Numbered from the stretch's first letter, positions 42,412 to 51,728 are shown. The stretch: 64,000 bases of DNA from Gammaproteobacteria bacterium (GCA_029882975.1 JAOUJW010000014.1:3814-67813), one strand, 5' to 3'. Notes: generated from the sequence alone by a model not told the origin. Made by a program: numbers and translations.

Positions 42412-43410
42412 CTAGAATTGGTGTTTGTAGCCCAGTGAAAAACCGGATACCTGCAAATCGCTATTCAACAACTCCCCTTGATAGTAGAGATTGTAAGCGC
42501 CGTGTAGGGTTGCAAATCGGTTCAAGCGATATTCTGCACCGGCACCAAGTCCAAGACCGAATTGACTGCTTTTCTCTTCGGAATACGAAGGTGTGGCGCA
42601 GTTGGACCGGTCGCTGATAAGAGTTGCGCTGCCCTGGAACAACCCGATTGAGCCGGTCAGCTCAAAATCTGCTTGAACGTTAAATATGCCTTTGAGGTTG
42701 GCGCCTAATACTGTGTCATTGGAAAATGTTTCGCGATAGCAGCCGTTTGTTCGGTCAAAATCCGCTATGCCCGCGCCAACAACTCCTTCCACCGCCAAAA
42801 AAGGCAGCAAGCGCTTACCTGCTCTGACAATTACGCCGGTAGTGTTCCAGGATCCGGAGGTAGTGCCGCTCAATTTGGATGTAAAAAAAGCTATTTCCGG
42901 TAATGCGTACCAGTTACCTGGGTTAAAGCTTCTCTTGTGAGAGGAGTCGACGGGTTTGGGTTCAACATCGGCATCGGCAGTTTTGCGTGCTGGCGCAGGC
43001 ACAACGTCAACTAACAGCGGTGAAAACGAATAGCCGTGCAACAATGAATTACCTGAATTGTCGGTCGCCTGTATGTAGTACTCAAAGCCGGGTTCGGATA
43101 CATCATGAGTCAATGTCGCGCTGTAGATGTCCGATTTGGCTCTGCGTTGCATTACCATGGTCTTATATTTTTCCGTGCCTTTTGCACGGTAATACAAGGT
43201 CACGGATTTGACCCCCATATTGTCCACTACCGTAGCTTCTATGGTCAGGTCTGTACCGGCTTCATGGGCTTTGCTTGAGGTTTCGTGGGTAACGCTGGGC
43301 GCCTCTAGATCGGCCGCAGGCAGCGAAAGTTGGTCTGCGAAGGTTGTTCCTGAAATACTTATTAGCGGCGCAAAGCAAATAGCCAGCGGCCCACTGCGTC
43401 GAATTTGCAT
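42412..43410 (-). CDS. Outer-membrane beta-barrel protein with an N-terminal beta-sandwich-like module
   Basis: The start at 43410 follows GGGGGGAGAGGAAAC. The signal peptide is LAICFAPLISISGTTFA. The C-terminal region has alternating beta-strand patterns and ends GYKHQF (terminal Phe). Confidence 0.6.
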   Translation of the reverse strand: MQIRRSGPLAICFAPLISISGTTFADQLSLPAADLEAPSVTHETSSKAHEAGTDLTIEATVVDNMGVKSVTLYYRAKGTEKYKTMVMQRRAKSDIYSATLTHDVSEPGFEYYIQATDNSGNSLLHGYSFSPLLVDVVPAPARKTADADVEPKPVDSSHKRSFNPGNWYALPEIAFFTSKLSGTTSGSWNTTGVIVRAGKRLLPFLAVEGVVGAGIADFDRTNGCYRETFSNDTVLGANLKGIFNVQADFELTGSIGLFQGSATLISDRSNCATPSYSEEKSSQFGLGLGAGAEYRLNRFATLHGAYNLYYQGELLNSDLQVSGFSLGYKHQF

Positions 43411-43647
43411 GTTTCCTCTCCCCCCAAGGAAGTTTTTCTTCCAAAAATATGTTGGAACGCTATCAGATAGGTGTGTATAAATCAATCTAAGCTATCCAGT
43501 CTACTATGCTTAACGTTACCCTGGGGTTGCGTACAAGTGCTTGTTAAAAAGCCACCTAAGAAGGAGTCGGCTTAGATAAATCGCTGAATAGGGGCGTGTT
43601 TGTGGAGCCGGAAAGGGTGGTCAGTCTTCCGCTTTGAATCTGAAAAC

Positions 43648-43812
43648 CTAGAAAAATATACTATTGATAGTGGCCACCAGACCGAATATGGCTGCGATAA
43701 TCATCCAGGTTTTACGCGCAGGCGTCATGGTGGGGCCCTTTCGTATATGGTCCACCACAGCCAAACAGGCGAATAATGCGCTACACAGAAACAAAATCAA
43801 GATAGTTTTCAT
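43648..43812 (-). CDS. Unannotated 54-aa two-TM small protein (paralog A)
   Basis: Below the ORF-track length cutoff. My translation is MKTILILFLCSALFACLAVVDHIRKGPTMTPARKTWMIIAAIFGLVATINSIFF*. Conservation with the copy at 49329-49493 supports it as a real gene. Confidence 0.55.
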   Translation of the reverse strand: MKTILILFLCSALFACLAVVDHIRKGPTMTPARKTWMIIAAIFGLVATINSIFF

Positions 43813-43959
43813 GGGTTGTGTTAATTAAACAACGTTGAGGGATATTGTGAAAATGTATTCAGGTTTAATTGTCGGTCCGAATTCGTAATATTGCAAGTCC
43901 ACAGCATGAAACTAGAACTTGTATTGAACGGTGTTGTTTAACTGGGAGATATACCAGGA

Positions 43960-43986
43960 GAGTGCGCCGGATTTACCGGCGCACTC
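43960..43986 (-). terminator. GC-rich hairpin just downstream of the 44008 stop
   Basis: GAGTGCGCCGG (43960-43970), ATTTA loop, CCGGCGCACTC (43976-43986). Confidence 0.5.
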
Positions 43987-44007
43987 GTGACGTTTAGGTG
44001 GCATTCC

Positions 44008-45438
44008 CTAGTACAGCAGATTCCATATTACCCTTTTCTGTATGTGGCTGCCATCCAGGAGCAGAATATTGAATTCTACTGTGTTGACTTCCGACATTAG
44101 GAACTGAGAGTATCCGGGACACATCAATACCTGGTGCCCTTTGGAGTTAGGTGGCAAGGTAAAGCACCTGGGCAGATCCATAAACATACCATTGCTTGTC
44201 GATAAAGTAGCATGGAAATCGACAATCGGTGCCAGGTCGGGTTTGAGTATAACCGCGGCATCAAACTGTTGACCGGGTATAAAGTAACCATCGGCAGGGG
44301 ACACTTTGCTTTGTTCCGCAGGTTTTAAAACGGTTACTGCAGCGACTACCGAGTACCAATCACCGTTAGGGGCGGTGCCACTGAAGTATATGTCATAGAA
44401 TCCTCCTCCGCTAATGCTGGGTGGATTGTCCTTGATCTGATCGGAAGACAACATTAGGCCGGTATCGTCATGAAGATACATACCGATGTCTTCGACCGTT
44501 GTGCCGTTGGGTAGAGGAAAATTTTGTCCCCAACCATAGACCATGTATGTATCATTGGGATTACCATTATACAAGTTAACCGTCATGGGGACACTTTGGG
44601 AGTTGGTTCTAAAATTGAATCCGCCTGCATCTATATTAAAACCATAACCACTTCCATCGGGGCTGTGCTCGAAGAATCCATAATCGGGAGTTGGGTCTCT
44701 ATCAGCCAAGGTTTTATCATAGCTGTAGGTGCCGGAGATAGATTGACCTGCCAGCAGTTTTCCTTCCAATGCACCTGACGGATCCCAAACATCCCGGATC
44801 ACTGCTTCCAATTGCAGTGTGACCAGCCTAGGGTTAGGCGCGGGCCCGACCGAGGTGTCGCCTGTTAAGCTATCCAGATTGGCCACTACAGAAAAGTAGT
44901 TAAAGCCCGAAGCATCGGTTCCGGAGATGTAAATGCTACGCTGTTCAAACGCATAGATATTTGGTGCTGTTGCGGAGAGCGAGGTGCTATTGAGCGCCGT
45001 TCCTGTCATATCATAAAGGTCAAAATTGATATCATCAATTTTGACTCCATCGTATAAAGGCGTGTTACCCCAGCTGCCGATATGGAAGAAGTCAGAGTCG
45101 AAATTGGATATGTGTATATAATGCATATGTCCGGGTACGCTGGGGTCCGTTTTGAGTGACACTGTACCGGCGATCAGGTCAAAGCCGACGGCGCCCCGGT
45201 TGGCTTGATTGTAATTCGCCCACTCCATAGACGGATCTTCATCCGGTGCTGTAGTGTCAAACTGGTAGGTACCTGTAATTGGGGTGCCAAGCGCCATGCG
45301 TCCCTGAAGTACGTTCCCGGGATCATATACGTCGGTGACAGTGGCATTAATGCTATAGACGGCGTAACCCGCCTGCGCGGCACTGACAGTAAATATCGCT
45401 GCAATCACTAAACCGTGTGTAAAAAGTTTACGCAACAT
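44008..45438 (-). CDS. Secreted protein with an internal tandem domain duplication, unknown family
   Basis: The start at 45438 follows GGAGGAAGGA, and the signal peptide is MLRKLFTHGLVIAAIFTVSAAQA. Two ~180-aa modules align: TVTDVYDPGNVLQGRMALGTPITGTYQFD against VIRDVWDPSGALEGKLLAGQSISGTYSYD. Confidence 0.6.
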   Translation of the reverse strand: MLRKLFTHGLVIAAIFTVSAAQAGYAVYSINATVTDVYDPGNVLQGRMALGTPITGTYQFDTTAPDEDPSMEWANYNQANRGAVGFDLIAGTVSLKTDPSVPGHMHYIHISNFDSDFFHIGSWGNTPLYDGVKIDDINFDLYDMTGTALNSTSLSATAPNIYAFEQRSIYISGTDASGFNYFSVVANLDSLTGDTSVGPAPNPRLVTLQLEAVIRDVWDPSGALEGKLLAGQSISGTYSYDKTLADRDPTPDYGFFEHSPDGSGYGFNIDAGGFNFRTNSQSVPMTVNLYNGNPNDTYMVYGWGQNFPLPNGTTVEDIGMYLHDDTGLMLSSDQIKDNPPSISGGGFYDIYFSGTAPNGDWYSVVAAVTVLKPAEQSKVSPADGYFIPGQQFDAAVILKPDLAPIVDFHATLSTSNGMFMDLPRCFTLPPNSKGHQVLMCPGYSQFLMSEVNTVEFNILLLDGSHIQKRVIWNLLY

Positions 45439-45640
45439 TCCTTCCTCCATTTGGGTGATATATAAACAAGTCAAACTGCAAAAGCGTACGATAGCGTGCA
45501 TATTCCATGCACAGATGCGCTTCAGGATAAATAGGACACTAAGTCGCTAGTTGTTTGAATGGGATGCTGGTTGGTAGTGGTGAAATATATAATAGAGTAA
45601 GGTTTGAGGTGTTTGCGCGTGACGGTTAGTTGGCGCGCAT

Positions 45641-46081
45641 TTAGCGTCGATGGTTGTGTGCAGTTTTGTTTAAGAATTCAAACAATCTGACGTTAATGTT
45701 TGTCTTGGTGAAAATGAGTCTATTGTTCGCGTCGAAATACAGTACGATTTGTTTGTCCTTTTTATCAACGATGTCTTGTTTGAATTTTTCGGTGTAGTAC
45801 GTGTAAACAGAGCCAATGAAAGCCCTTTTTTCGCCGCGAGTGTAAAGCGATGTCTCGTAATCCGTAGAGCCTAAGTTTTCCTTGATGTCATTCAAACTAT
45901 CACCAATATCAATATTGGATAGTTTATTTTTAAAGAACACCTGCTCTTCCAATGGCATTTGGTAATAGTAAGTAATAGCGGGAGGGGGTGGTGTAGGAGT
46001 TTTCTTTACGGTTTGTACCGTAGATTTACAAGCCGACAACAAGACACACAATATAACTAAACAATATGGTTCCAATTTCAA
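45641..46081 (-). CDS. Hypothetical lipoprotein
   Basis: Lipobox VLLSACKS. The likely TTG start at 46081 follows GGGGGGAAG; the ORF track starts at GTG 46096. Confidence 0.5.
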   Translation of the reverse strand: MKLEPYCLVILCVLLSACKSTVQTVKKTPTPPPPAITYYYQMPLEEQVFFKNKLSNIDIGDSLNDIKENLGSTDYETSLYTRGEKRAFIGSVYTYYTEKFKQDIVDKKDKQIVLYFDANNRLIFTKTNINVRLFEFLNKTAHNHRR

Positions 46082-46340
46082 ACTGCTTCCCCCCACTTAG
46101 GACTGTCAAGTGAAGTGTGTAGTGTAACGTAGAGTGTTGGGATCCATATAATTCAAAACCATGAACTCATTCGCACATTTGGTCTTTACATAACCTACAT
46201 GCTGAGCTAACTACCGTGTTTGGTGGCACAGATTGATAAAAACTTACAACAAAAGTTGGTTATTGCCAGGTGCTTGTATAGGAGCGACGATGTGGCAGTT
46301 GCCTGCCACGTCATCATAAAGTCGCATAAAAAGGAAGATA

Positions 46341-46850
46341 TTAGCTAAGAGGTAGCAAGAGGCATTTACACTTTCCTACTGAAAAAGTATGGTTTGGCCA
46401 GACGATATTGGAGCTCGTTGCTTCGATGGCGTGATTCCCCGACGGTACGACAAGATTGATTGCGCCTTTTGTGTTTCCTTCACAACTGGGGCTGTCATCA
46501 GGAAAGTAACTGTTTAGGCTGCCAACCAAATGGCCGTCCAGCTTTACATCAATGCCGCTGTGTGCTTTGCTGTTTGTTGAAAAAACAACTATAAGGCCGG
46601 TATCGTCAGAATCGCATGATTCCAGCTTAGGTCCCGCATTGGCAAATGGGGAGTGGGGATTGGAAAACAATTGATCCGCAGCAGATTGCAGCGGGCCCGA
46701 AACTTCACGTAGCAAAAGGGCACCGTTGGTCGTTGTTGCCTGACCGCCTGTTCCGGCTCCGGCCAGTGTGAACAGGTCATCACTGCTATTACAAGAACAG
46801 AGCAGTAGCGACACTGCGGCCATCAATATTTTGTTCGATTTAAGTATCAT
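46341..46850 (-). CDS. Hypothetical lipoprotein
   Basis: The ATG at 46850 follows GGGAGGG. The sequence MILKSNKILMAAVSLLLCSCNSS contains a lipobox. Confidence 0.55.
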   Translation of the reverse strand: MILKSNKILMAAVSLLLCSCNSSDDLFTLAGAGTGGQATTTNGALLLREVSGPLQSAADQLFSNPHSPFANAGPKLESCDSDDTGLIVVFSTNSKAHSGIDVKLDGHLVGSLNSYFPDDSPSCEGNTKGAINLVVPSGNHAIEATSSNIVWPNHTFSVGKCKCLLLPLS

Positions 46851-47373
46851 ATTCACCCTCCCGCGTATCATTCAGGACATCAGAGTTATTATGATTAAGT
46901 CTTAGAATACACTAGCAGCCAACAAACCTAAAAAAATTGAACTGGTTCATGTTTTTGACAGGGCAGCCAGTTACACCAATGTAAATGCTTGATGGTTCTC
47001 TTTGGTGTTGTGTCTTGCGATTAAGGTCAATGATAAGTATAAACAGCATAATGAACTTCGTGTGACATCTTCACATTAGTACCTAAAAATTCATGTATCT
47101 TGACCGCGGGCGCGCTATACCACGACACAACCACCCCTGCTTGGCCCCTGAAACAAACCCGATCAACGTTAAACTTACATTAACTGCGCTTATACTGAGA
47201 TTCAAAATCCTAGGTGGCTATTAACTAGCTAAGTTGGATACTATGTTGTCCTCTCATAAAGCAGAGTTTATTGTTAACAACTGCGTGTTTCATTGCAGGT
47301 GCCGCACACGGCGTTAGACAGAGTCCAAGTTAGATCCCATAAGTAGAAGAAGTAACATAACAGGAGTAGTTGA

Positions 47374-47991
47374 ATGAAGTTTGACAGTAATAGTCGGAAA
47401 TTATTAAAGCGCGCGCTGTTGATTAGTGCGCTGGGGGTAGCCGGTAACGTAAGTGCCGATGACGATAAAAACCGTGTTGGGGTGTATTTGGATAATTGTG
47501 CCAACCTGCCATTGGTCAGTTCAATTATCTCCGGCAACCCTAATACTAACGTATGTGTGGATGCGCCGGTTGCGCTGGAAAAAGCCAATGTTGTTTTTGA
47601 TTTGAACTCCGATGCTGTAGATTCCAAAGGTCGACATACGGGACTGCGCCACATGTGGATGGTGGCTACGTCGATTAAAGCGCGCTTGAATGCAGGGTTG
47701 ATGGATCCTGAGGACATAAACATTATTGGTGTCTTGCACGGTTCGGGCATTAACCTTGTGTTGGGAGATACCAACAGTCCCATTACCAAGGATTTAGTGG
47801 AAAAGATATTCGCCATGAAAAATGTCGGCGTTAATATCAATTTGGAAGTTTGTGGCGTAACCATGCATGGCAGAGGTTTGAGCAACGCCGACCTGTACAA
47901 CAGTGACAATGGTATGGTGCATGTTAACCAAGGTGCAATTGGGCGTATCATCAATTTGCAGCAAAAGAAGTTTGTACTTATTAAAGAATAA
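47374..47991 (+). CDS. Periplasmic DsrE/DsrF-like (COG1416-type) protein
   Basis: 205 aa with AGGAG upstream and a signal peptide (ALLISALGVAGNVSA). The segments ANVVFDLNSD...LRHMW...IIGVLHGSGINLVL...VNINLEVCGVTM resemble DsrE-like family members. Confidence 0.45.
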   Translation: MKFDSNSRKLLKRALLISALGVAGNVSADDDKNRVGVYLDNCANLPLVSSIISGNPNTNVCVDAPVALEKANVVFDLNSDAVDSKGRHTGLRHMWMVATSIKARLNAGLMDPEDINIIGVLHGSGINLVLGDTNSPITKDLVEKIFAMKNVGVNINLEVCGVTMHGRGLSNADLYNSDNGMVHVNQGAIGRIINLQQKKFVLIKE

Positions 47992-48004
47992 TTTCGAAAC
48001 GATC

Positions 48005-48031
48005 AAAGGGCCGGTTCTTGGCCCTTTTTTA
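48005..48031 (+). terminator. Rho-independent terminator
   Basis: AAAGGGCC (48005-48012) pairs with GGCCCTTT (48020-48027), followed by a T-run. Confidence 0.65.
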
Positions 48032-48290
48032 GTTGTCCTTTCAGTTTCTCTGATTACCGTCTTTTAAATTACCAGGTTTACCAACCAATAGTCGTCTTTC
48101 GAATCCCGGTTTGGGGAAAGGAATTGAAGCGAATGACGGTCTACCCGTAATGCAATGAAATCTTGGAGGGCCACAGTATCTTGGATGGTGTGCGATTGGT
48201 TTGCGATAAATGATCGATTTTACGAGAAACTCAAACGAAACCATTAAGGGTTTATACTTAACCTATCTAGCCTATCCAAGGAGAACGCTT

Positions 48291-49202
48291 ATGGGGAATG
48301 CAGGCTTGGGTCCCATTGGACATGGTTCAAATTGCCCTGAAATCGACTCACAAACCTTGTCGTTGACGCTGAACATTTCTCCGGGTGCGCTGGGGCTATG
48401 CGATAGTGATAATCGTTTGGGTTCAGCGAACGTTGCGACCCCCGTTCTGGTGGAAAACCAGCTGGGGATGATGGCGGTCTTTTATTTTGCTAACAACAGT
48501 TTTGTGTTGAACCGATACAATGACAATGCCTTGAAACGGTTACACCAAAAATTGATAGCGATAAAAGACGATATTCTGACAATTAGAGTGGATGGCCATG
48601 CGTCGTCGGAGGGAAAGTCCGTCCAAAATCAAAAATTGAGTAAAAATAGGGCGTATATGGTTTCGAGTCTATTGGGTCTGGAATCGCTTAGGTTAAATGT
48701 GGAGACGCACTACTACGGTTCCAGCAAGCCCGCAGAGGACGAAACGGGGAAAAGGGTAGAGCTGGAGGATAAGCGCATAAAAAACCGTCGGGTAGAGGTG
48801 TTCGTGTTTCGCTTGTCAGAGGTGGTGAAAAAACCGGCGACTATTAATCTCTTTCCGCGTGAAGTTTTCGATCAATTGCCGGATACGGCGTTGATGCAGT
48901 ATATGCTGAGCTTGCCTTCAGTGTCCGATTTTAAAACCGATATCGTCGCTGAAAAATACCTGTATAGATTATTTGATGAACTGTATGATCCCGGGCTGGG
49001 AAAACTGGATAAGGCGCTGATGCGATCCAAAGTGGGGGATGTTTTGAAGTTTTTTGGTGTAGACAACCTCAACGGGCCGGTTCGGGGTGCAGTACTGAAT
49101 CAACTGTATAGTATAGGTGACCAATCCAATTTGGATCCCAAAGCAAAAGAAGCATTGAAAGCTATTATTGAGTCGTTGTCTAAAACTAACTTCGGGCGCT
49201 GA
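48291..49202 (+). CDS. OmpA-like peptidoglycan-binding domain protein without an evident signal peptide
   Basis: The ATG at 48291 follows AAGGAGAA. The central domain is FYFANNSFVLN...VDGHASSEGKSVQNQKLSKNRA...NRRVEVFVF. The ~130-aa helical C-terminal region is of unknown family. Confidence 0.6.
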   Translation: MGNAGLGPIGHGSNCPEIDSQTLSLTLNISPGALGLCDSDNRLGSANVATPVLVENQLGMMAVFYFANNSFVLNRYNDNALKRLHQKLIAIKDDILTIRVDGHASSEGKSVQNQKLSKNRAYMVSSLLGLESLRLNVETHYYGSSKPAEDETGKRVELEDKRIKNRRVEVFVFRLSEVVKKPATINLFPREVFDQLPDTALMQYMLSLPSVSDFKTDIVAEKYLYRLFDELYDPGLGKLDKALMRSKVGDVLKFFGVDNLNGPVRGAVLNQLYSIGDQSNLDPKAKEALKAIIESLSKTNFGR

Positions 49203-49328
49203 CAATTCTGAAATGTGCTCTCGGCGTGTCGGTGGCTCTGAGATAAAAGCTCAATTCTTGCCTATAATCTTTCGAAAGATAAACCGAACGGGTTATCAAA
49301 TCCCCTTCTACTGAATCATAAGAAACCT

Positions 49329-49493
49329 ATGAAAATCGAATTAATTTTTTACCTGTTCAGCGCCTTGTTCGCCAGTTTGGCAGTCGTGGATCATATAAGA
49401 AAAGGGGGAGGCATGACGCCGGCGCGTAAAACCTGGATCATTATCGCTGCTGTTTTTGGCTTGATGGCGGTCATTAATACGTTGATGTTCTGA
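49329..49493 (+). CDS. Unannotated 54-aa two-TM small protein (paralog B)
   Basis: My translation is MKIELIFYLFSALFASLAVVDHIRKGGGMTPARKTWIIIAAVFGLMAVINTLMF*. By manual alignment 39 of 54 residues are identical to the minus-strand ORF at 43648-43812. Confidence 0.55.
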   Translation: MKIELIFYLFSALFASLAVVDHIRKGGGMTPARKTWIIIAAVFGLMAVINTLMF

Positions 49494-49886
49494 GTATGGT
49501 GGGTGCCCAAGGTCCCTGGGTCCAAGGTACAGCTGCAATCCATCTCTTTGGCATTTCGGAAAAACAAGCCATCGGCAGACTGATGAAGAATAGCATCCGG
49601 CAAACGCTCTCAAAATACACACACAATATTATGGACTCAAGGTTGCGGGAACGAACCGTGCGGTTAGGAATTCGTTGTAGCAAATCTGACGTCTTTGCTT
49701 TGTTATATCGGCCTTTGTCCGCAAATGGCCTTAGGGAAAAAACCGAGGTCCTGACAGATTAATCTGTCCTCGGTTGCTAATTTACAAGGCACAACGTTCG
49801 ATATAACTTATAGTGCAGGACAAATACTAAAAGTAAATCCCATTTTGGATTTATGCAGCAACGCACCACAGCGCTAAAGGCCGGCA

Positions 49887-51083
49887 ATGGAAACACACGA
49901 CTATTTTCTGTCTTTATTGATTATTCTGCTGACGGCAAGAATTTTCGCCGAACTGGCCGCCCGTTGGCACTCCCCGCCGGTAATCGGTGAGTTACTGGCG
50001 GGTGTTGTGCTGGGCCCCAGTCTGCTTGGTTGGATAGAGCCGATGGAGGCCATAAAATTAATGGCTGAAATCGGTATTATCCTGCTGCTATTCGAGGTGG
50101 GATTAAAAACCGATGTAAAGCGTCTGGTACGGACTGGCGTGAAATCTGTGGTTGTCGCTTTGTGCGGTTTTGTCCTGCCTTTGGCGCTTGGATTCGCACT
50201 GGCTTATTGGATATTCGGGCTGCCGTTACTGGTATCCCTGTTTATAGGAGGAACCCTCACTGCCACCAGCATCGGTATTACCGTGAGAGTACTGTCCGAT
50301 TTAAACCGGCAACAATCACCGGAAGGTCAAATAGTATTAGGGGCGGCGGTTCTGGATGATGTTCTGGGCGTGGTGTTACTGGCCCTTTTGTATGAGTTCT
50401 CCATTGGCGGTGGAATCAGCCTGCTCAATGCCGGTAAAGTATTAGTCTTCGTTGTTGCTTTTTTTCTCGTAGCCCCCATTGCGGCAAAAATAATTTCCTT
50501 GATTATTAAGCGCATTGATGCCAGCCACCATCTACCCGGTTTACTGCCGACGACTATTGTATCTTTGGTTCTGTTTTTCGCCTGGTTGGCCCATGCACTG
50601 GGCGCTCCCGAGCTGCTGGGCGGTTTTGCCGCAGGCCTGGCCCTGTCTCGACGTTTCTTTTTGCCCTTAGGTATAGCGTTTCGCACCGATGAGCGGTTTG
50701 CCCATCGCATAGAAGACCGAATGAAACCCATAGTGCAACTGTTTACGCCAATTTTTTTCGTCTATGTTGGTGTGTCGCTAAACTTGCATCAAATTGACTG
50801 GAGTTCCGTTTTTATCTGGGGCTTTTCCATATCATTATTGGTTGTCGCCATTATGGGTAAACTGATTGGCGCCTTGCTAATACAAGAACCCTGGAGTACC
50901 CGGACAATCATAGGGTTGGCAATGGTCCCTCGCGGCGAAGTAGGATTAATATTCGCCGAACTGGGGCGGGCCAGTAATATATTCAGTAATGAAATCTATG
51001 CAGGTATGGTTATCGTCATTGCCCTAACTACGTTGCTGCCACCGTTTGTTATGAAATGGTTTTATGGGTCACTAGAAAAATAG
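49887..51083 (+). CDS. Cation:proton antiporter (CPA2/Kef-type Na+/H+ exchanger family)
   Basis: 398 aa with about 11-12 TM segments. The N-terminus is LLIILLTARIFAELAARWHSPPVIGELLAGVVLGPS. Confidence 0.85.
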   Translation: METHDYFLSLLIILLTARIFAELAARWHSPPVIGELLAGVVLGPSLLGWIEPMEAIKLMAEIGIILLLFEVGLKTDVKRLVRTGVKSVVVALCGFVLPLALGFALAYWIFGLPLLVSLFIGGTLTATSIGITVRVLSDLNRQQSPEGQIVLGAAVLDDVLGVVLLALLYEFSIGGGISLLNAGKVLVFVVAFFLVAPIAAKIISLIIKRIDASHHLPGLLPTTIVSLVLFFAWLAHALGAPELLGGFAAGLALSRRFFLPLGIAFRTDERFAHRIEDRMKPIVQLFTPIFFVYVGVSLNLHQIDWSSVFIWGFSISLLVVAIMGKLIGALLIQEPWSTRTIIGLAMVPRGEVGLIFAELGRASNIFSNEIYAGMVIVIALTTLLPPFVMKWFYGSLEK

Positions 51084-51164
51084 AAGAGTCGAATTACCGG
51101 ATATGCTGATTACTTTGGATGCACAACTGTCCTGGCCTCTGTTTTATGCCAACGAATCTGGGCC

Positions 51165-51452
51165 CTATAGGTGGATGTTTACGTCTATGTGCTTGTGGAG
51201 GATTCTGGCAATTATAAGTTGGTTTTTATCTGTCAATTTGTAAAAAATTATATGGCTACCCTGCGGAAATTTTCTGTACCCAGGAGAAATGTAATCGCAG
51301 CTAACACCTGCTGAGGGGCTTTCTGCTAATGAATGAAAGGTCAGGTCAAATTGTTTCAGGTAAATATTTCGCTGTTGTTTCCCCCAAACTTTTTCTGTGT
51401 ATTTAGCTATTCTCAGGTCTGATTTTGCTTTATTCGATAATAGAAAAATCAT
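51165..51452 (-). CDS. parE: Type II toxin, ParE/RelE family
   Basis: 95 aa. The segments AKSDLRIAKYTEKVWG...YRKFPQGSHIIFYKL...IIARILHKHID are ParE-like. It overlaps the antitoxin stop by 4 nt. Confidence 0.85.
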   Translation of the reverse strand: MIFLLSNKAKSDLRIAKYTEKVWGKQQRNIYLKQFDLTFHSLAESPSAGVSCDYISPGYRKFPQGSHIIFYKLTDKNQLIIARILHKHIDVNIHL

Positions 51453-51688
51453 TGATTTTCATCGTCGAGTTGAGCGATAAACTCATCGTAGGAGTAGTCG
51501 GCAATACCGCTATCTTCCCCTTCTTTTAAAAGTTGTCGCAAAGTTTCCAGCTTGGCTTCGTTGTCTTCCAGCAGCCTTAAACCGGCGCGGATCACTTCGC
51601 TCGCTGAGCCATACCGACCGCTATCTAATTGTTTTGCAACAAATTCATCGAAATGATCGCCAAGGGAAATACTTGTATTTTTGGGCAT
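51449..51688 (-). CDS. parD: Type II antitoxin, ParD family (RHH)
   Basis: The start at 51688 gives MPKNTSISLGDHFDEFVAKQLDSGRYGSASEVIRAGLRLLED. Confidence 0.85.
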   Translation of the reverse strand: MPKNTSISLGDHFDEFVAKQLDSGRYGSASEVIRAGLRLLEDNEAKLETLRQLLKEGEDSGIADYSYDEFIAQLDDENQ

Positions 51689-51703
51689 GATAGTCTCGCC
51701 GGT

Positions 51704-51728
51704 TACCAAATATTAATATATTTTGGTA
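51704..51728. promoter_or_regulatory. Inverted repeat TACCAAA-N11-TTTGGTA just upstream of parD; candidate ParD operator
   Basis: The arms lie at 51704-51710 and 51722-51728, 16 nt upstream of the parD ATG. The function is inferred from TA autoregulation. Confidence 0.35.

Noticed and set aside
47274-47954. 226-aa minus-strand ORF antisense to the DsrE-like gene
   Set aside because: The plus-strand ORF has an RBS, a signal peptide and family-like motifs. The antisense product has none.
48085-48115. tRNA-like TTCGAATCC T-loop sequence
   Set aside because: The flanking bases do not form a T-stem, and no acceptor or anticodon arms can be drawn. I found no tRNA genes anywhere in the window.
49496-49762. 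88-aa plus-strand ORF between small ORF B and the antiporter
   Set aside because: It has no RBS and no recognisable features. I treat the region as a leader or intergenic sequence.
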